Below are positions 52,701 through 64,000 of a stretch of 64,000 bases of DNA, piece after piece. The notes under the pieces are model-generated. The model saw nothing but the letters and a program-made list of their open reading frames with translations, was not told the origin of the DNA and searched no databases. The position numbers and the translations under genes are program-made. Origin of the DNA: Phallusia mammillata (taxonomy: Eukaryota); assembly GCA_965637545.1 (NCBI GenBank), contig OZ281501.1:7688001-7752000 (forward strand). The letters run 5' to 3'. The stretch's first letter is position 1. Every line of letters starts with the position of its first letter.

Positions 52701-55700
52701 GAAGTATTTCCTTACTGCTCTGACTTCACACGCTATACCTGCGTTTAGGAGGTCTTCAGACGTTTGCGTGTATTTTGATTGGCACTACGAGGGGAAGCGA
52801 AAATGGGTCTTCCGAGTTCACCAGGTTGTCTAAAATTCATTTTAATTTTATTTCTTGTTTTTCCGTATCCTTTTTTCACATCTGATAACACTAATTTTTT
52901 GATTGGGTTTCTATTGGTAGGCCTAAGTTTAAAAAGTGTCATTTGGTCAACGATGAAATTAAAATGGATCAAAATTCAATTTCCCTATACGCAGAGTAGC
53001 TTAAACGAGCAGTGCAGTACTGGCTGTTTTAAAGCAGGGTTCTGACTACTATGTTAAACAGCCAGTCCTAATTGCTGTCAGTCTTTTACCAAGTTTCATT
53101 TCCAAGTGACAAGCGTTAGTGAAGGCTGTCAGACATTATACTAGAGTTTTTTTGCCATTTCCTTTCTTAACCCATCAATCATACCACACTTACCTGTGCT
53201 GATGACTTAAATCCCATTGGTTCTCACAATAATTTTATTCCGCCTTGTAATGCCTTGCACTCCTGTGAACCCAGTATCTCACCTTTTAACCGCACGCCAA
53301 CACATTAAAGGAAGCCAGCTATCATAGATGTGACCGGAATTGCGATAAAATACGTGGTAACAAAGATATTTACAAAAAATATGAAGAGCATGTGGCCATA
53401 TCCCTTAGTTAATTCACTAACAGTGGTTTAGTAAACATTGCAACATATAGATAAGCATCGAATGAAAAATTTGTAAGCCAATTAATTCATTTTCTTGTTT
53501 GGTAATATTTGTGCTAACCCGTTTCTGTTCCCTAACTGTAAGGTTTATACACTTTTAGATTCATTCAATAGTGATAAAAAGCATGTTTACGATAGGGTAT
53601 GCATAAAAAGTTGGGCTTTAGTTTCTGAAAACCACTTTGGTAATTTACCATTTTGACCCCACGCTTAAACATTAAGGGTTTCTAAACTGGTCTCTGTCCT
53701 TTATTAATTGACACAAAAATGTAATATAAGTTTCGTAGGTTACATAGAAAAAAAAAAAAAAAAAAAAAAAAATTTTCCTAAATTGGTAGACAATAACTTT
53801 CTATATACATAATACGAAAATAGTTTGAGTGAAGAATTTTCGGAAACGTTTAACTTATTTTCGATTTCGGGTTACCTTGATTGATTATGAGTTCACCTAA
53901 ATATTTACTAAACAAAATTCAGAACGAAGTTAGTAGAAAAAGTCAAAAGGTGAACCACAGCATATTTTCCACTTTGTCAAATCTCGATTATCTTTAGCTA
54001 CATTTATTTTACTGTTAATGGGTTACTTTAGCTGACTAACGATCCAGTGTATTTTTAAAACCTTAGCGTCCTCGTTTGACGTTTTGACTCTTCTGTGGTA
54101 CCCAGTATTAAAGCGTTGGTGTAAAAGGATTTATTTGGTTCACCAGCTGAAAGGAAATGTTGACATTTACAGAAGCAGAGGCCGCGTCTTACACAAACAC
54201 ACAATCTATATAATATTATCATTAAACTGTATGCAAGCAGTGGCATCACAGAAATGACCTTTCTATGACCTGTTCCGCGAACTCGCCACGTCTTGCGTTT
54301 TCATCGGTTGTAGGAATTTGATTTTCCTGAGATTCTGTGGTCTGTTGCCATTTCGTTTCCAGTCTGGTTGCGGGTTTGTCGATTTAAATACAAACTGGGC
54401 TTTTTGTACTGTTGCTGTTTCGGGTTGGCCGGTTGCAGGTTGGCGCAGCGCTTGGTTACCACAAATTTAATATCATGCGGAAATACGCAATTCGTACCAA
54501 AGCGGCTACCGACAGGATTGTTTACGTGCAAATGCTGGGCCGCGAGAGAAAGGCGCAGGCGATTAAGAGTCAAAGGCGCGACAGAACGAGAAAAAGGCAA
54601 CCGATGACGAGAGAAGAAGAGAGAAAAAGAGCAATGCGTGAGCGGGGCCGCAGAATTTTTTGGTACTGGTTGCCAAACAGGCATTGGGTGTTTCTGTGTG
54701 TGCTAGGCTTGATGTACTGCGCTGCTGACGACAGTAGTGGCCTTATCCGCCAGCCAGGAAGTCGACATTGCGCCTGATCGCTGTTGTACATTGCATGTAG
54801 TGCGGTGGCCAACGCATTGATAAGAGCATTGCGCCGTGTAATAAACTTGTCAGTTTCCCACGTTTGCAGTTTGAAATAGCTTACCGTAAACCAGTGCAGA
54901 AGCAATCTATATTATACCATTAGTGGAAGCTGTTTTGCAGTGTAAAAACGTGTTGCCAAAAAGCTACCATACATCCGTTATCTGTATGATCTAGTTCGTA
55001 GTTTTTTCTGGATTAAAATAAGTGTAAACTATTTTAGTTTGTCTGCTTGCGTGTTAAACATGCAGTCAGCAGCTCGTTAAACCATCACGTAATGCACAAG
55101 GCGTGGATTTTGCGTGTCTGTTGCCTAATGATAATGATTACCACAATCCAGTGGTACAAGGTCAAACCTGGGTCATCGTGAGGCTCGAATTGTCGAATGT
55201 GTTAATCCAGTTGTCTTGTTACATCACAATGGCCTACCTTAGGGTTTTTCCCGCGTTTTATATTACTGCAGAAAAGATAGCAGATTCAATTTAATTAAAA
55301 GCTTTATTCTATGTTGTAGCTGTTGGAGGCAGATAAATTCGGAAATAATAACCCAAAGCGTTCAAAGTTTGCAGAAAATGTCTGTTTAGATTTTGCCACA
55401 GCCCCAATCAGTTGTTTATGTCGTGACGCAAGCCATATGAATATTGCATGTGGTTTGCGTTGCTCGGGTTTACGAAATTAAGCCCTTGTCTAGTCAGCAG
55501 ACTGTTAAACCTAATTATTATTATACTCTGTGTATTCTGAACAGCTTTGTGACTCAAAACATAGGTTGTCATACACTTTACAAAACACTGCTTGTGGCAC
55601 GTTTCCATGCTGCTGCAAGAGTGACTACAAATAGCAACTTTGCTACAAAAACAACGTTTTGAACCATCAAAAATCAAAATCTTCATCGTAATTTGACTCG

Positions 55701-58700
55701 ATCACTGCCATCATAATGACGATGGAATTTCAACAGCAATGGAGGAATCGCATGAACGGGATTCTGATGGACATTTTTACCCCAACAACCAGCAGTATGG
55801 GTGGGGGTATGGGCAATGGTGTGGGCTGTATGTATGGCGGTATGCATACAGTGATGGATTCACCACCACCTTTGCATAATCTCTCTATTAACCCGCAGAA
55901 TAATTATCACCACAACCAATTTTACCAATGGGAGAACAATCAAAGATGTATGTATTCTCTGTTGTTTTTTTCATGAGGTTTTTAGTTTTTCTCGATGCAA
56001 AGTTGTTTTTAAAACTCCATAAATGTCGATAAGCGATAATTTTCTTGAAAAAAAAACTGTTTGGAAGCCTAAAGCAAAACTATGCATCCAATTAAATTAA
56101 GGTTTAATTAAGAATGTATAAATTTTAATTGTTTTGCCAAACTTTGTGCTCTATGCTTTGCGTAATGAAAAATAGGAAAGTACTGTCACAGTCAACATGG
56201 GGAATTGTTTAGCTATTTTAGCTGTCCGTCAAAAGGAAATCACTTCCGTGCTGTGTTTGTTGATACACCTGGTCAATTTGCAGCCGTATATAGTTGTTTT
56301 GAAATCTGGACAATGTGACCCATTGCAAGTTCACACCGCGCTGTAATCGGTGGTCAAAAAACCCAGCATGTGTATACACCTTAGGCGATGCGTCGTGGTT
56401 TGTTGCCTTTTGCGTCCGAACTAAACTTTTGTTTGTGGCAGGAGCTTCTAACAAGGCACTGTCTAATCACGCAAACTGTTTGCTCTTTACCAAGCGCGCT
56501 TTTTGGATCCCTTCCGAACCATGCGTTGTGCACTACTGCACTGTTAGGTCTTTGGGTCATTTTTTCTTGGCTGGTTACCGAAACTCATATCATGCTACCG
56601 TTTTAAATACGTTATGATAGCAATTTTTGTTTCATGATTCTTAACTAACAAAAGGGCGACAGACCGTATAATGTGTTGTTTAACTTGACAAGTTTGGTTG
56701 TAGCAAGACCAAAACTTTGCCACGCGTCAAGCAGGCATGTGCAAAACGATTTGTTGCTACATAACAGCGTCTTGTTAAACGAGCTTAACGTATATTGGTC
56801 TTGAGGCGAAACGGCACTTCGCCGATCCCGAGGGACAGTGCATTAAATACCCAAGGGAGTGGCAACAAATGATTTGGCGTTGGTTCTGTGATCGTTCTAC
56901 AGGGCCTTAACTGATGTCGGCGACGTTTTATATATAGACACGCCAATGGGGCATGTTTCAGCAAGACTAAAGAATCAAAGTTGCAGCGGTACCTCTTTAT
57001 CCATTGGTCATCTGATATTTTGTCTTAGTGTACTTCCCAACATTACTTTCCAGACCACATACTGGACTTTCTACTAGTCCCACTGGAAAAACAACCACCT
57101 TTTATTTCTATTCCCCTTAGTCCAATGGTATCAATTTACTACAAAAAAAAACATTGTTCTGTTCGAAGTAATAAACTTCAAAACATTTGCATTATGTCTT
57201 TCAGTTCTTATTTCAAGCGCATCCGACCATACAGTTTGTAAGTCTTATGACCTTTTTGACCTTGACAACCGTGAAATTTACCCTTCACTTACCAAAACAA
57301 ATGGACTGACAACCGATAATAACGTCTTTGCTTAGCCGAAATCAATTCCGTGAAAAAAAAAGCAAAAAACTAATAATGTAATCAATTCTTTCTGTGCTTG
57401 CTTGGAAATAAAGTCAAAAACTCTTTGTATCTTATCAATAGTAATGTCGATTATCAGTGTAATTATTAACATTACGCACTCCTTTAAAGCAGAATACAGT
57501 TAAAAATAAGGACTTTTTAAAGATTGTTAAAAATATTGTTATGGCTGAAGCCAAAAATGTCTATGTAGACCATGCTCTAGCCATACCGTCGTCATGAGCG
57601 GGCAAAATATTTGTGTGTTGCAATGTGAACACGATGTGCAATAACGACGCAGCAATACAACTCACGTTGCACAACTATATCAGTCTCGTTTTGCTCACGT
57701 TTTGGCTACGAGATGTTCTTCATTTATTTGTTCGGATAATTTGCCAACACAACGATAGATGACACGAATTCACTGCATCCAACGAGCAAGTCACGCTTGT
57801 ATTCGATCTAACTTCCCCGCATGTGATGTTGTACTGTGACGAGAGTTTGTCACTTTGCGTCGAGTTAACTGCAAAGAAATGTGGTGCAATGGCGTAGGTG
57901 GCCAGCAGAAAGGATGTGAAAATTCTAACCCTTCCCGTTCTGTATACCTTTTTCGTCCAAAACAAAACTTAGCATTAGAATTTTCATCGGTGCAAAATTA
58001 TTTCGGTTGTCAATAAGTGTATTTGGTGTTTTTAGCCCGGTTATCTGTTTTAGGTCCATGTCTAGTCTTTTTAAGTATCTGTGACATTGTAGCTTGTAGG
58101 TGCGTTTTGGATAAGTTGTGTGATAATAGTCTACTTAACTCCTCAAGCTTTTCAAACCAGTTGCATTGCTGCAACCGTCAACTAAAAGCAATTTCTCTTA
58201 CACATAATCTTCTAATCTTCTGTCATCATCCAAGGAATATGACTCACATGTTGTTCAATCTCGTGTCTGTGTTTACCATAAACATTTCTAAACTTTCTGG
58301 CAAACAATTTAAAAATGCATGACCAAGTCTATGCCCTTTATTGGTAACGCAAACTATAATCTAATTACCAAAGTGCGGGATTATGCTTGAAAGTTTTTGC
58401 TGATTTTTTGCCCTTTCATGATTCTTTTGTTGTCGGCGGTGGTGTTTTAACTGTAAACACCTTCGGTAGACGGAGGTAATCAATCTTAATCGTTTTTTTG
58501 TAAGTTTTAAGCAAGCTTTTAAACAATGCGGCGGTCTGTTTAAATACGGCCCCTTATAAGGTATTCCCTCATATGTGTCTATGTTTTTGTGTTCATAAGA
58601 AGTTAATTGCAAGAAATAACGGTTGCATAGGTTTGTGTCCGTATGTGGTTATATGCGATAGGTTGTTGTAGCGCAGGTCGCATGTTTGTCTGCTGTGTTC

Positions 58701-60751
58701 TGTTTTATGTTGTTTGCTCGTCGCCGCATCTCCGCAAACACAAACGGCGTTCCAGGAATTCCAAAGCCAAACTCAACATTTCTGCACCCGTACAGACATT
58801 TAAGTTGTCGACCGTTTTTTGATGTACATAATTCAGACTGCAAGTCCGGCATTTTGCTCGACCCGCTGGCATGACCAACAAACCGCTATTGGCGTTTGAA
58901 ATGCTGACGCAGATGCATTTCAATGCGTCAGAAGTTAACCGTCGCAGATCTGCTGCGTTTGAATGATTAACGAGAGTCGAATGTGCTTTGATGTGGCAGT
59001 AAACAGGCCCCGACTGACTAATTGCGACAAACTGACCGTCAGTGTAATTAGGCTACATGCTGGCAATTTCACGGCCCATTTGTTCATGTACAATGCCAAT
59101 ATCTTAAAATTGCGTTTTACTGCTTGTTGACAGCTTGTACAGCTTGTCGTAAGACCATGGTTTATTGTAGTCGTTTCGATGGACAAATGATTTGCTTTAG
59201 GATAATAAAAACTACAATTGTGTCACTTGCTATCTGATGACTTTGTAAAACGCCTACCCTTGGATGTGTAATACAAAAAGCGACTAGTTTATGGTATTAC
59301 GTTGCACTCTTGATGGCACAACATCAATATTTCGTACAGGTGACATTATTCTAAAAATTGCCCGGGTTTTCCTGCAACCTTTTGTTATTTTAAACAAGGG
59401 AAACCATAGCCCTTCAACCTGTTCGCAGACCACACAGCCATTACCTCTTCCATGTTTGTCATTTAATTAGTTGCAGATCGCACTTAGTATTAGAACCCGC
59501 TTTTCTCTTGTAGTGTATGGAAGCAAAGGCACATTTTGAATTCCTCGTGACTGTAAGAGCAGTGCCAGTGACGCACAACGCAAAATGTCCACAACTCTAC
59601 CACTTTACCGCTTTGTCGTTTGAGTGACACTTGATCAGTTGAGAAGCATGTTGCCTTTAGTGTCTCCGTCCACTCCAACACTCTACTCTCAACGAACACA
59701 CTTTTATGCGTTGTTTTGTGCAAACAAACTGATATAAGTGATTGAGAATGCCCATGTTCACCACGTTTTCAAAAAAAAATGCAAGTAGAAATGTAAAAAC
59801 ATAACATTCTAGGACGAATTAACAACATAAACACATATAGAACCGGTGACAGTGTTCTTAGTCGATGTGTAACTTGCAATCTTGTTAAATTAAAATGCAA
59901 CATCAGTGAATTACCCAGTAGTCTGTGACAAATGGGAAACGTTCTTTCTGCAAGCTTCTGTAAAAGGTTCCTTGATGTGGTTATGGGTGGGGAACGAATG
60001 TTTTAGCCTTGCCTTTACAACTGACAGTTGATGAGCTCTTCCACCTTTCAAGCTGAAATCAGTTGCAAGAGTGTTGGTAGTTATCAAACCTTATGTGTCC
60101 ATCAATAATCTCTGCTCGTTGGTACGCCACGCTGTTTGAAACAACGGCCCTCACCACTTCAAGCGGCCTATGTCGCACCTTACCGGACGAAATACCTCTC
60201 AAAATCACTTCACTGTGCGTTTTTCCACTTTATTTGTGCGTTTCATTCACAATCGATAGAATAGTCGTCATATACTGGTGCATTCTTTTGAGTTAAAAGA
60301 AAGATTATACTCGAACCGTTTGAATCTAAAAACTTCCTGTGGCGTTGTGAACTTGAGTGTCTACTATTTTCAGTATCTTAAGGAAAGCTTGTGTAAACGT
60401 TACATCAAAGTCTTAAACAAATCAAACATAACTTAGTCGTTATTCAACCCTGTCGGTTGGATGTATTGGAATTTCCAACCACACTGTCTATTGGCTTTCA
60501 CTTTTAATCCCCAAGAATTTTATTCATAAAATTAAATTTATTGTATTTTTTTTTCAGCATCACCAGACAGTGTGGGCTTGTCTTCAACTGGGAGCAGCTA
60601 TTCAGGTTCCGAATCCGAAGGTCTAAGCCACGTGGGCCAGTCTTGTCCACCTTCTCCACCACCACCTCCTCGCACCTACAAACCATGCTTCGTTTGTGGC
60701 GACAAGTCATCTGGATATCATTACGGCGTTGCTTCCTGCGAAGGCTGCAAG
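39923..60751 (+). CDS. RAR: Retinoic acid receptor (NR1B), long isoform-1-like form, 5' part: exons 39923-40742, 40968-41060, 60558-60751; continues beyond the window
   Basis: ATG at 39923; CAT G/gtgagt at 40743; ttttcag/AT at 40968; AGA G/gtagga at 41061; tttttttcag/CA at 60558. All phase 1 and in frame. The 93-bp exon encodes [11 protein letters not shown], resembling vertebrate RARalpha1 region A (TPGGGHLNGYP). Linkage across the 19.5-kb intron is inferred. Confidence 0.75.
40968..41060 (+). CDS. RAR: 93-bp phase 1-1 exon, RAR region-A-like ([31 protein letters not shown])
   Basis: Canonical splice sites; PGGxH(M/L)NG(F/Y)P motif shared with vertebrate RARalpha1. Confidence 0.8.
46418..46434 (+). 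promoter_or_regulatory. Perfect DR5 retinoic acid response element
   Basis: GGTTCA-gcgca-AGGTCA. Confidence 0.8.
46448..46464 (+). promoter_or_regulatory. Perfect DR5 retinoic acid response element (second of tandem pair)
   Basis: GGTTCA-tctgg-AGGTCA, starting exactly 30 bp after the first. Confidence 0.8.
53748..53772 (+). repeat. Poly(A) tract (25 nt)
   Basis: Directly visible homopolymer; no associated retroelement body recognised. Confidence 0.9.
54255..54271 (-). promoter_or_regulatory. Perfect DR5 retinoic acid response element
   Basis: TGACCT-ttcta-TGACCT (AGGTCA-tagaa-AGGTCA on the minus strand), at the 5' edge of a GC/purine-rich promoter-like block (54280-54850). Confidence 0.75.
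55159..55175 (+). promoter_or_regulatory. Perfect DR5 retinoic acid response element
   Basis: AGGTCA-aacct-GGGTCA, about 540 bp upstream of the ATG at 55716. Confidence 0.75.
55716..55947 (+). CDS. RAR: Alternative first coding exon of RAR (short, isoform-2-like region A, 77 codons)
   Basis: [23 protein letters not shown]...FYQWENNQR then T/gtatgt (strong donor, phase 1), in frame with exon 60558 (S-SPDSVG...). Confidence 0.8.
60558..60751 (+). CDS. RAR: RAR common exon: region B plus first C4 zinc finger
   Basis: SPDSVG...[36 protein letters not shown]/gt versus vertebrate [38 protein letters not shown]; the intron right after CEGCK is also the vertebrate RAR position. Confidence 0.97.
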
Positions 60752-63189
60752 GTAAAACATAGTGATAGAACAGGGCTGCGTTGGTCTTGAAGTAAAATTG
60801 ATGTCAAGCAAGCGGGTTTTAGTTCGTTAGTAGTTTACCTAAACTACGCTTTGTTAAAAGTACTAATATTTTGTTGCAAAATGCCAGGGAAGACAGTAGT
60901 CCAACCTCAGCTGTTTTTAGATATGTACCCATCGTAAACATAGACAACAGTATGCAAATAAGTTCTAAAATAGAACGGCATGTGTGATATCAACTCACAA
61001 ACAATTTTAAAAGTGAGAAAATATTCCTAATTGCAAGATACCACATCACCATTCAAACCCAGTCCACAAACACTAATGTCTAACAAAGACAATTTCACAT
61101 TAATACAAAATATCCTGCAATGTGTTTTGAACACTGATACAAAATAGACACCACTGCTTGACATGACATGAATTTTGTTTGTAAGACATGGCAGAGGTCT
61201 TGGGAATTCGTGTTTACATCAGTTTTCGTGTGTACTTATCCCCAGCCGTCGTTCCCAATCGTGATGAACATTTGCATATGACGTGAACGCTGCACGTTTT
61301 AGCAGACTGCTTTTGTGGTAAATGTTACATTTCCATTTGCAGTAGGACTTTTTATTTGGGCGCATAAAACGCATGCAATTGACCTTAACAAAAACGTAAC
61401 AGTCAAAAAAACTTGCATATAGTGAACACATTTTGTTACAAATATTTTCTACCCGAAATCATGGTAAAATATTTGTACTAAATCGTGTTCACTAAGCAGA
61501 AGTTGTCTAGTTTTTATCTAGGTCTTTCAAATTTGTTCCTAGATATCAAATTAAAGCTCAAAAGGAAATTAAAAAATCACCATTCCGTTGTTTGACAATT
61601 CAACTAAGCGGTCGTATTTTAGTGAGTTCGCTGCAGTTAATTGCGTTTAGAACACAAACAGTCTCCTAATCAATTTTAATATTGCGGCTTGACAAAACAC
61701 AATCAAAGCCAAGCCGCAATCACGACTGGAACAAAAGACTAAAAGCGGTTGACGTCTCCTGTCATCATTGTTAGCGGGGTACGACGTTAATCGTTCCAAC
61801 AATGAAACCCAGAGTGCAACCCACTTTTGAATATGACTTGATGTTTGGGAACCTGCTGTGATGTGCTGGAAACTCCACCCAGGGGGCATAACGTCGCTGA
61901 TCTGTTTAATGGGCGTAGAATTGTTGACTTGCCTGTGGTTTCCGCACCCATAAATAGCGCATGAGAAATGAGACTTCACTGAAATGACTCCTTTCACACC
62001 GAATTCATTTCTGACAAAGCAGTGGCAAAATTTTGTTTTACCTGGTATGGTCGCAAAAGTAAACACATTTCAAAGCAGTCAACAAGCATCTAATCTAATG
62101 AGGAACAAACAAGTCATTATTTTTCAATGGAACATTACGTTTCGTCAGCAACTTGTGTCATTCTCAAATGAACTGTTGCTGTCGAAACGTCATGTTCCAT
62201 ACAAATATGTATTGGCTTGTTTGTTTCTCGAAAGTATCTTCAAAACCGTTAAGTTGGTACCTAAACATGTATCTAAAATGGAAATAAATCAGTCCCCCTG
62301 CAACTATTCTTGCCACAGGATTATATTTTTCCACAAATAAATTGACTTATTTTTATTTGATCAACCAGTAGTTCATAATGGTCGAAGTACGTAATGTGAC
62401 GTCCTAATGTGAGCTAATGTTGTACGGTCGGTCCCAGAGGAATTGGCGAAACAGAATGACTAACCAACCTTATTCGCATACAATTGTTTCGTTAAGCAAA
62501 CGTTACTAAAAGTCAGTGGTAACGTTCATTGATAATGATAGCCTTGTACTTTATATGCATTGTCCACATATAAAATCGAAATATATTTCACTTTATTTCA
62601 CGTGACTCAAATGGATATAAACGGGTGTAACTGATGTGGTCTTCATATCACTGTTGATGGCATGGGCATTTGCCGAAACTTATGAAAAATAAAGCATGAC
62701 GCTTTTTACGTTTATTTGGGCCGTTATTTTCATCATTAAACTTCTGAACAGATCCGTATATAGTGTTCAAAAATCGAATTTATACAGCAAAATTCTCTTG
62801 TTAAAGAAACGGTACATTCTGTAAAATTAGTGGTAACGATTCCGAATTACATTTGTTAGTTTAATCGATAAAACCAAAACTTGGAAGAAAGCAACTTCAA
62901 CCTGCAAGCAATTTCGCAAAACCGATTTTAATGACCTCGATTTGAAGGCGGGGGAAATAAAGAAGACCGTCGCCACCCTTGATGCCAATGATCGATCGCC
63001 ACTTGTCTTGACAGCTCTGTCGGTTTGTGCGGGTCGCCGCCAAAACGATCGGACATGTGTGTCACTCAGTTTTGACAAGCTGTCGATAGTTGTGTCAACG
63101 TCTTTTTGTTAGCTGCATTCTGTGAGCTTTAAAGCGCTTACAAATACTAAATCAATGCCTTTGGTACTAAAGTACAGTTTATGTCTGGT

Positions 63190-63310
63190 ATTTAAAATTC
63201 CCAATGGGCCTTTGAGGTATCTCCATGGTAGACCTAGAAATATCACAGTAATAAACTTTTCCGCAAATTTATTTTATAAATGGGTCCGCAACATGTAAAA
63301 AAATCTGCAT
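63190..63310 (+). mobile_element. Eroded hAT-MITE remnant
   Basis: TTCCCAA...GGGTCCGCAA motifs similar to the fragment at 10440-10480; no termini or TSD. Confidence 0.3.
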
Positions 63311-63356
63311 CTTAATTGGTTAATCAATCTATAGAAAAACAGCGCGCTACCAATAT

Positions 63357-64000
63357 TTATGTGTCCCCTTCCCTGAAGGGGACACATATTGATTTTACTC
63401 AAAATGTTTTTGTTTTTTTCTTATTTTTTCTTCTACCCAAAGTTTGTCCGACTCGTTTTTCCATCAAATCCTTGATGGATTTGGATGAAATTTACACAGA
63501 TGGTAGATGTAGTTATGTAGATGTGCATCCCACTTTGTTTTTGTTGATAACCCCAGTATTTACCCCGCTAGCCCCCTAAAATGGGTATTTTTTCCCCGAA
63601 GTTTGTCCGACTCGTTTTTCCGTCAAATGTTTGATGGCTTTGGCTGAAATTTACACAAATGGTAGATGTAGTTATGTAGATGTGCATCCCACTTTGTTTT
63701 TGTTGATAACCCCAGTATTTACCCCGCTCGCCCCCTAAAATGGGTGTTTTTACCCCGAAGTTTGTCCGACTTGTTTTACCATCAAATGTTTGATGGATTT
63801 GGCTGAAATTTACACAGATGGTAGATATAGTTATGTAGATGTGCATCCCACTTTGTTTTGTTGATAACCCCGTTATTTACCCCGTAAGCCCCTAAAATGG
63901 GTGAGTTTTTAAACAGTGTCAGAATTGGCTGAAATTTGGATTTCTTGTATAGTATGCCATTTATATGTCCCTATGACGTCAGAAACATTAACGGTTGTTG
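63357..64000 (+). mobile_element. Helentron/HINE-like non-autonomous element with three 159-bp central tandem repeats; may run off the window
   Basis: The 35-bp 5' end matches 30294-30328 with one mismatch, including the 9-bp-stem hairpin; T-rich tract; AGTTTGTCCGAC recurs at 63441, 63600 and 63759. Confidence 0.75.

Noticed and set aside
54301-54905. Overlapping 80-127 aa ORFs on both strands, including an Arg/Glu-rich one
   Set aside because: Explained by a GC/purine-rich promoter-like block with few stop codons; no homology.
63568-63846. ORF with an internally repeated 53-aa unit
   Set aside because: Artefact of the 159-bp (multiple of 3) tandem repeat in a transposon; also not a CRISPR array (no spacers, eukaryotic context).

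Overview
AT-rich, intron-containing animal genomic DNA with no prokaryotic features. It is most likely an ascidian tunicate, inferred from the RAR DNA-binding sequence, base composition and compact introns; the species cannot be fixed from sequence alone. Left end: the first six coding exons of a lysosomal CLC-7 chloride/proton antiporter (minus strand, runs off the window). Next come an intronless snurportin-1 gene and, about 600 bp behind it, a spliced gene for an unidentified S/T/P/Q/A-rich protein (possible operon or nested arrangement). A roughly 22 kb stretch with no recognisable gene follows, containing hAT-type MITEs, a Helentron-like non-autonomous element and a promoter-like motif cluster. 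From about 38.7 kb to the end lies the 5' half of a retinoic acid receptor (RAR/NR1B) locus. It appears to have two alternative N-termini, both splicing in phase 1 onto the common B-region/first zinc finger exon. One is a very long isoform-1-like A region containing [10 protein letters not shown] (compare vertebrate RARalpha1 PGGGHLNGYP). The other is a short isoform-2-like exon. Main finding: all four perfect DR5 retinoic acid response elements found by my manual scan lie in the 9.3 kb upstream of the second first-exon, against about 0.1 expected by chance, and two are in tandem 30 bp apart. This suggests a vertebrate-like autoregulatory two-promoter RAR architecture. All calls are manual; no database search was run.
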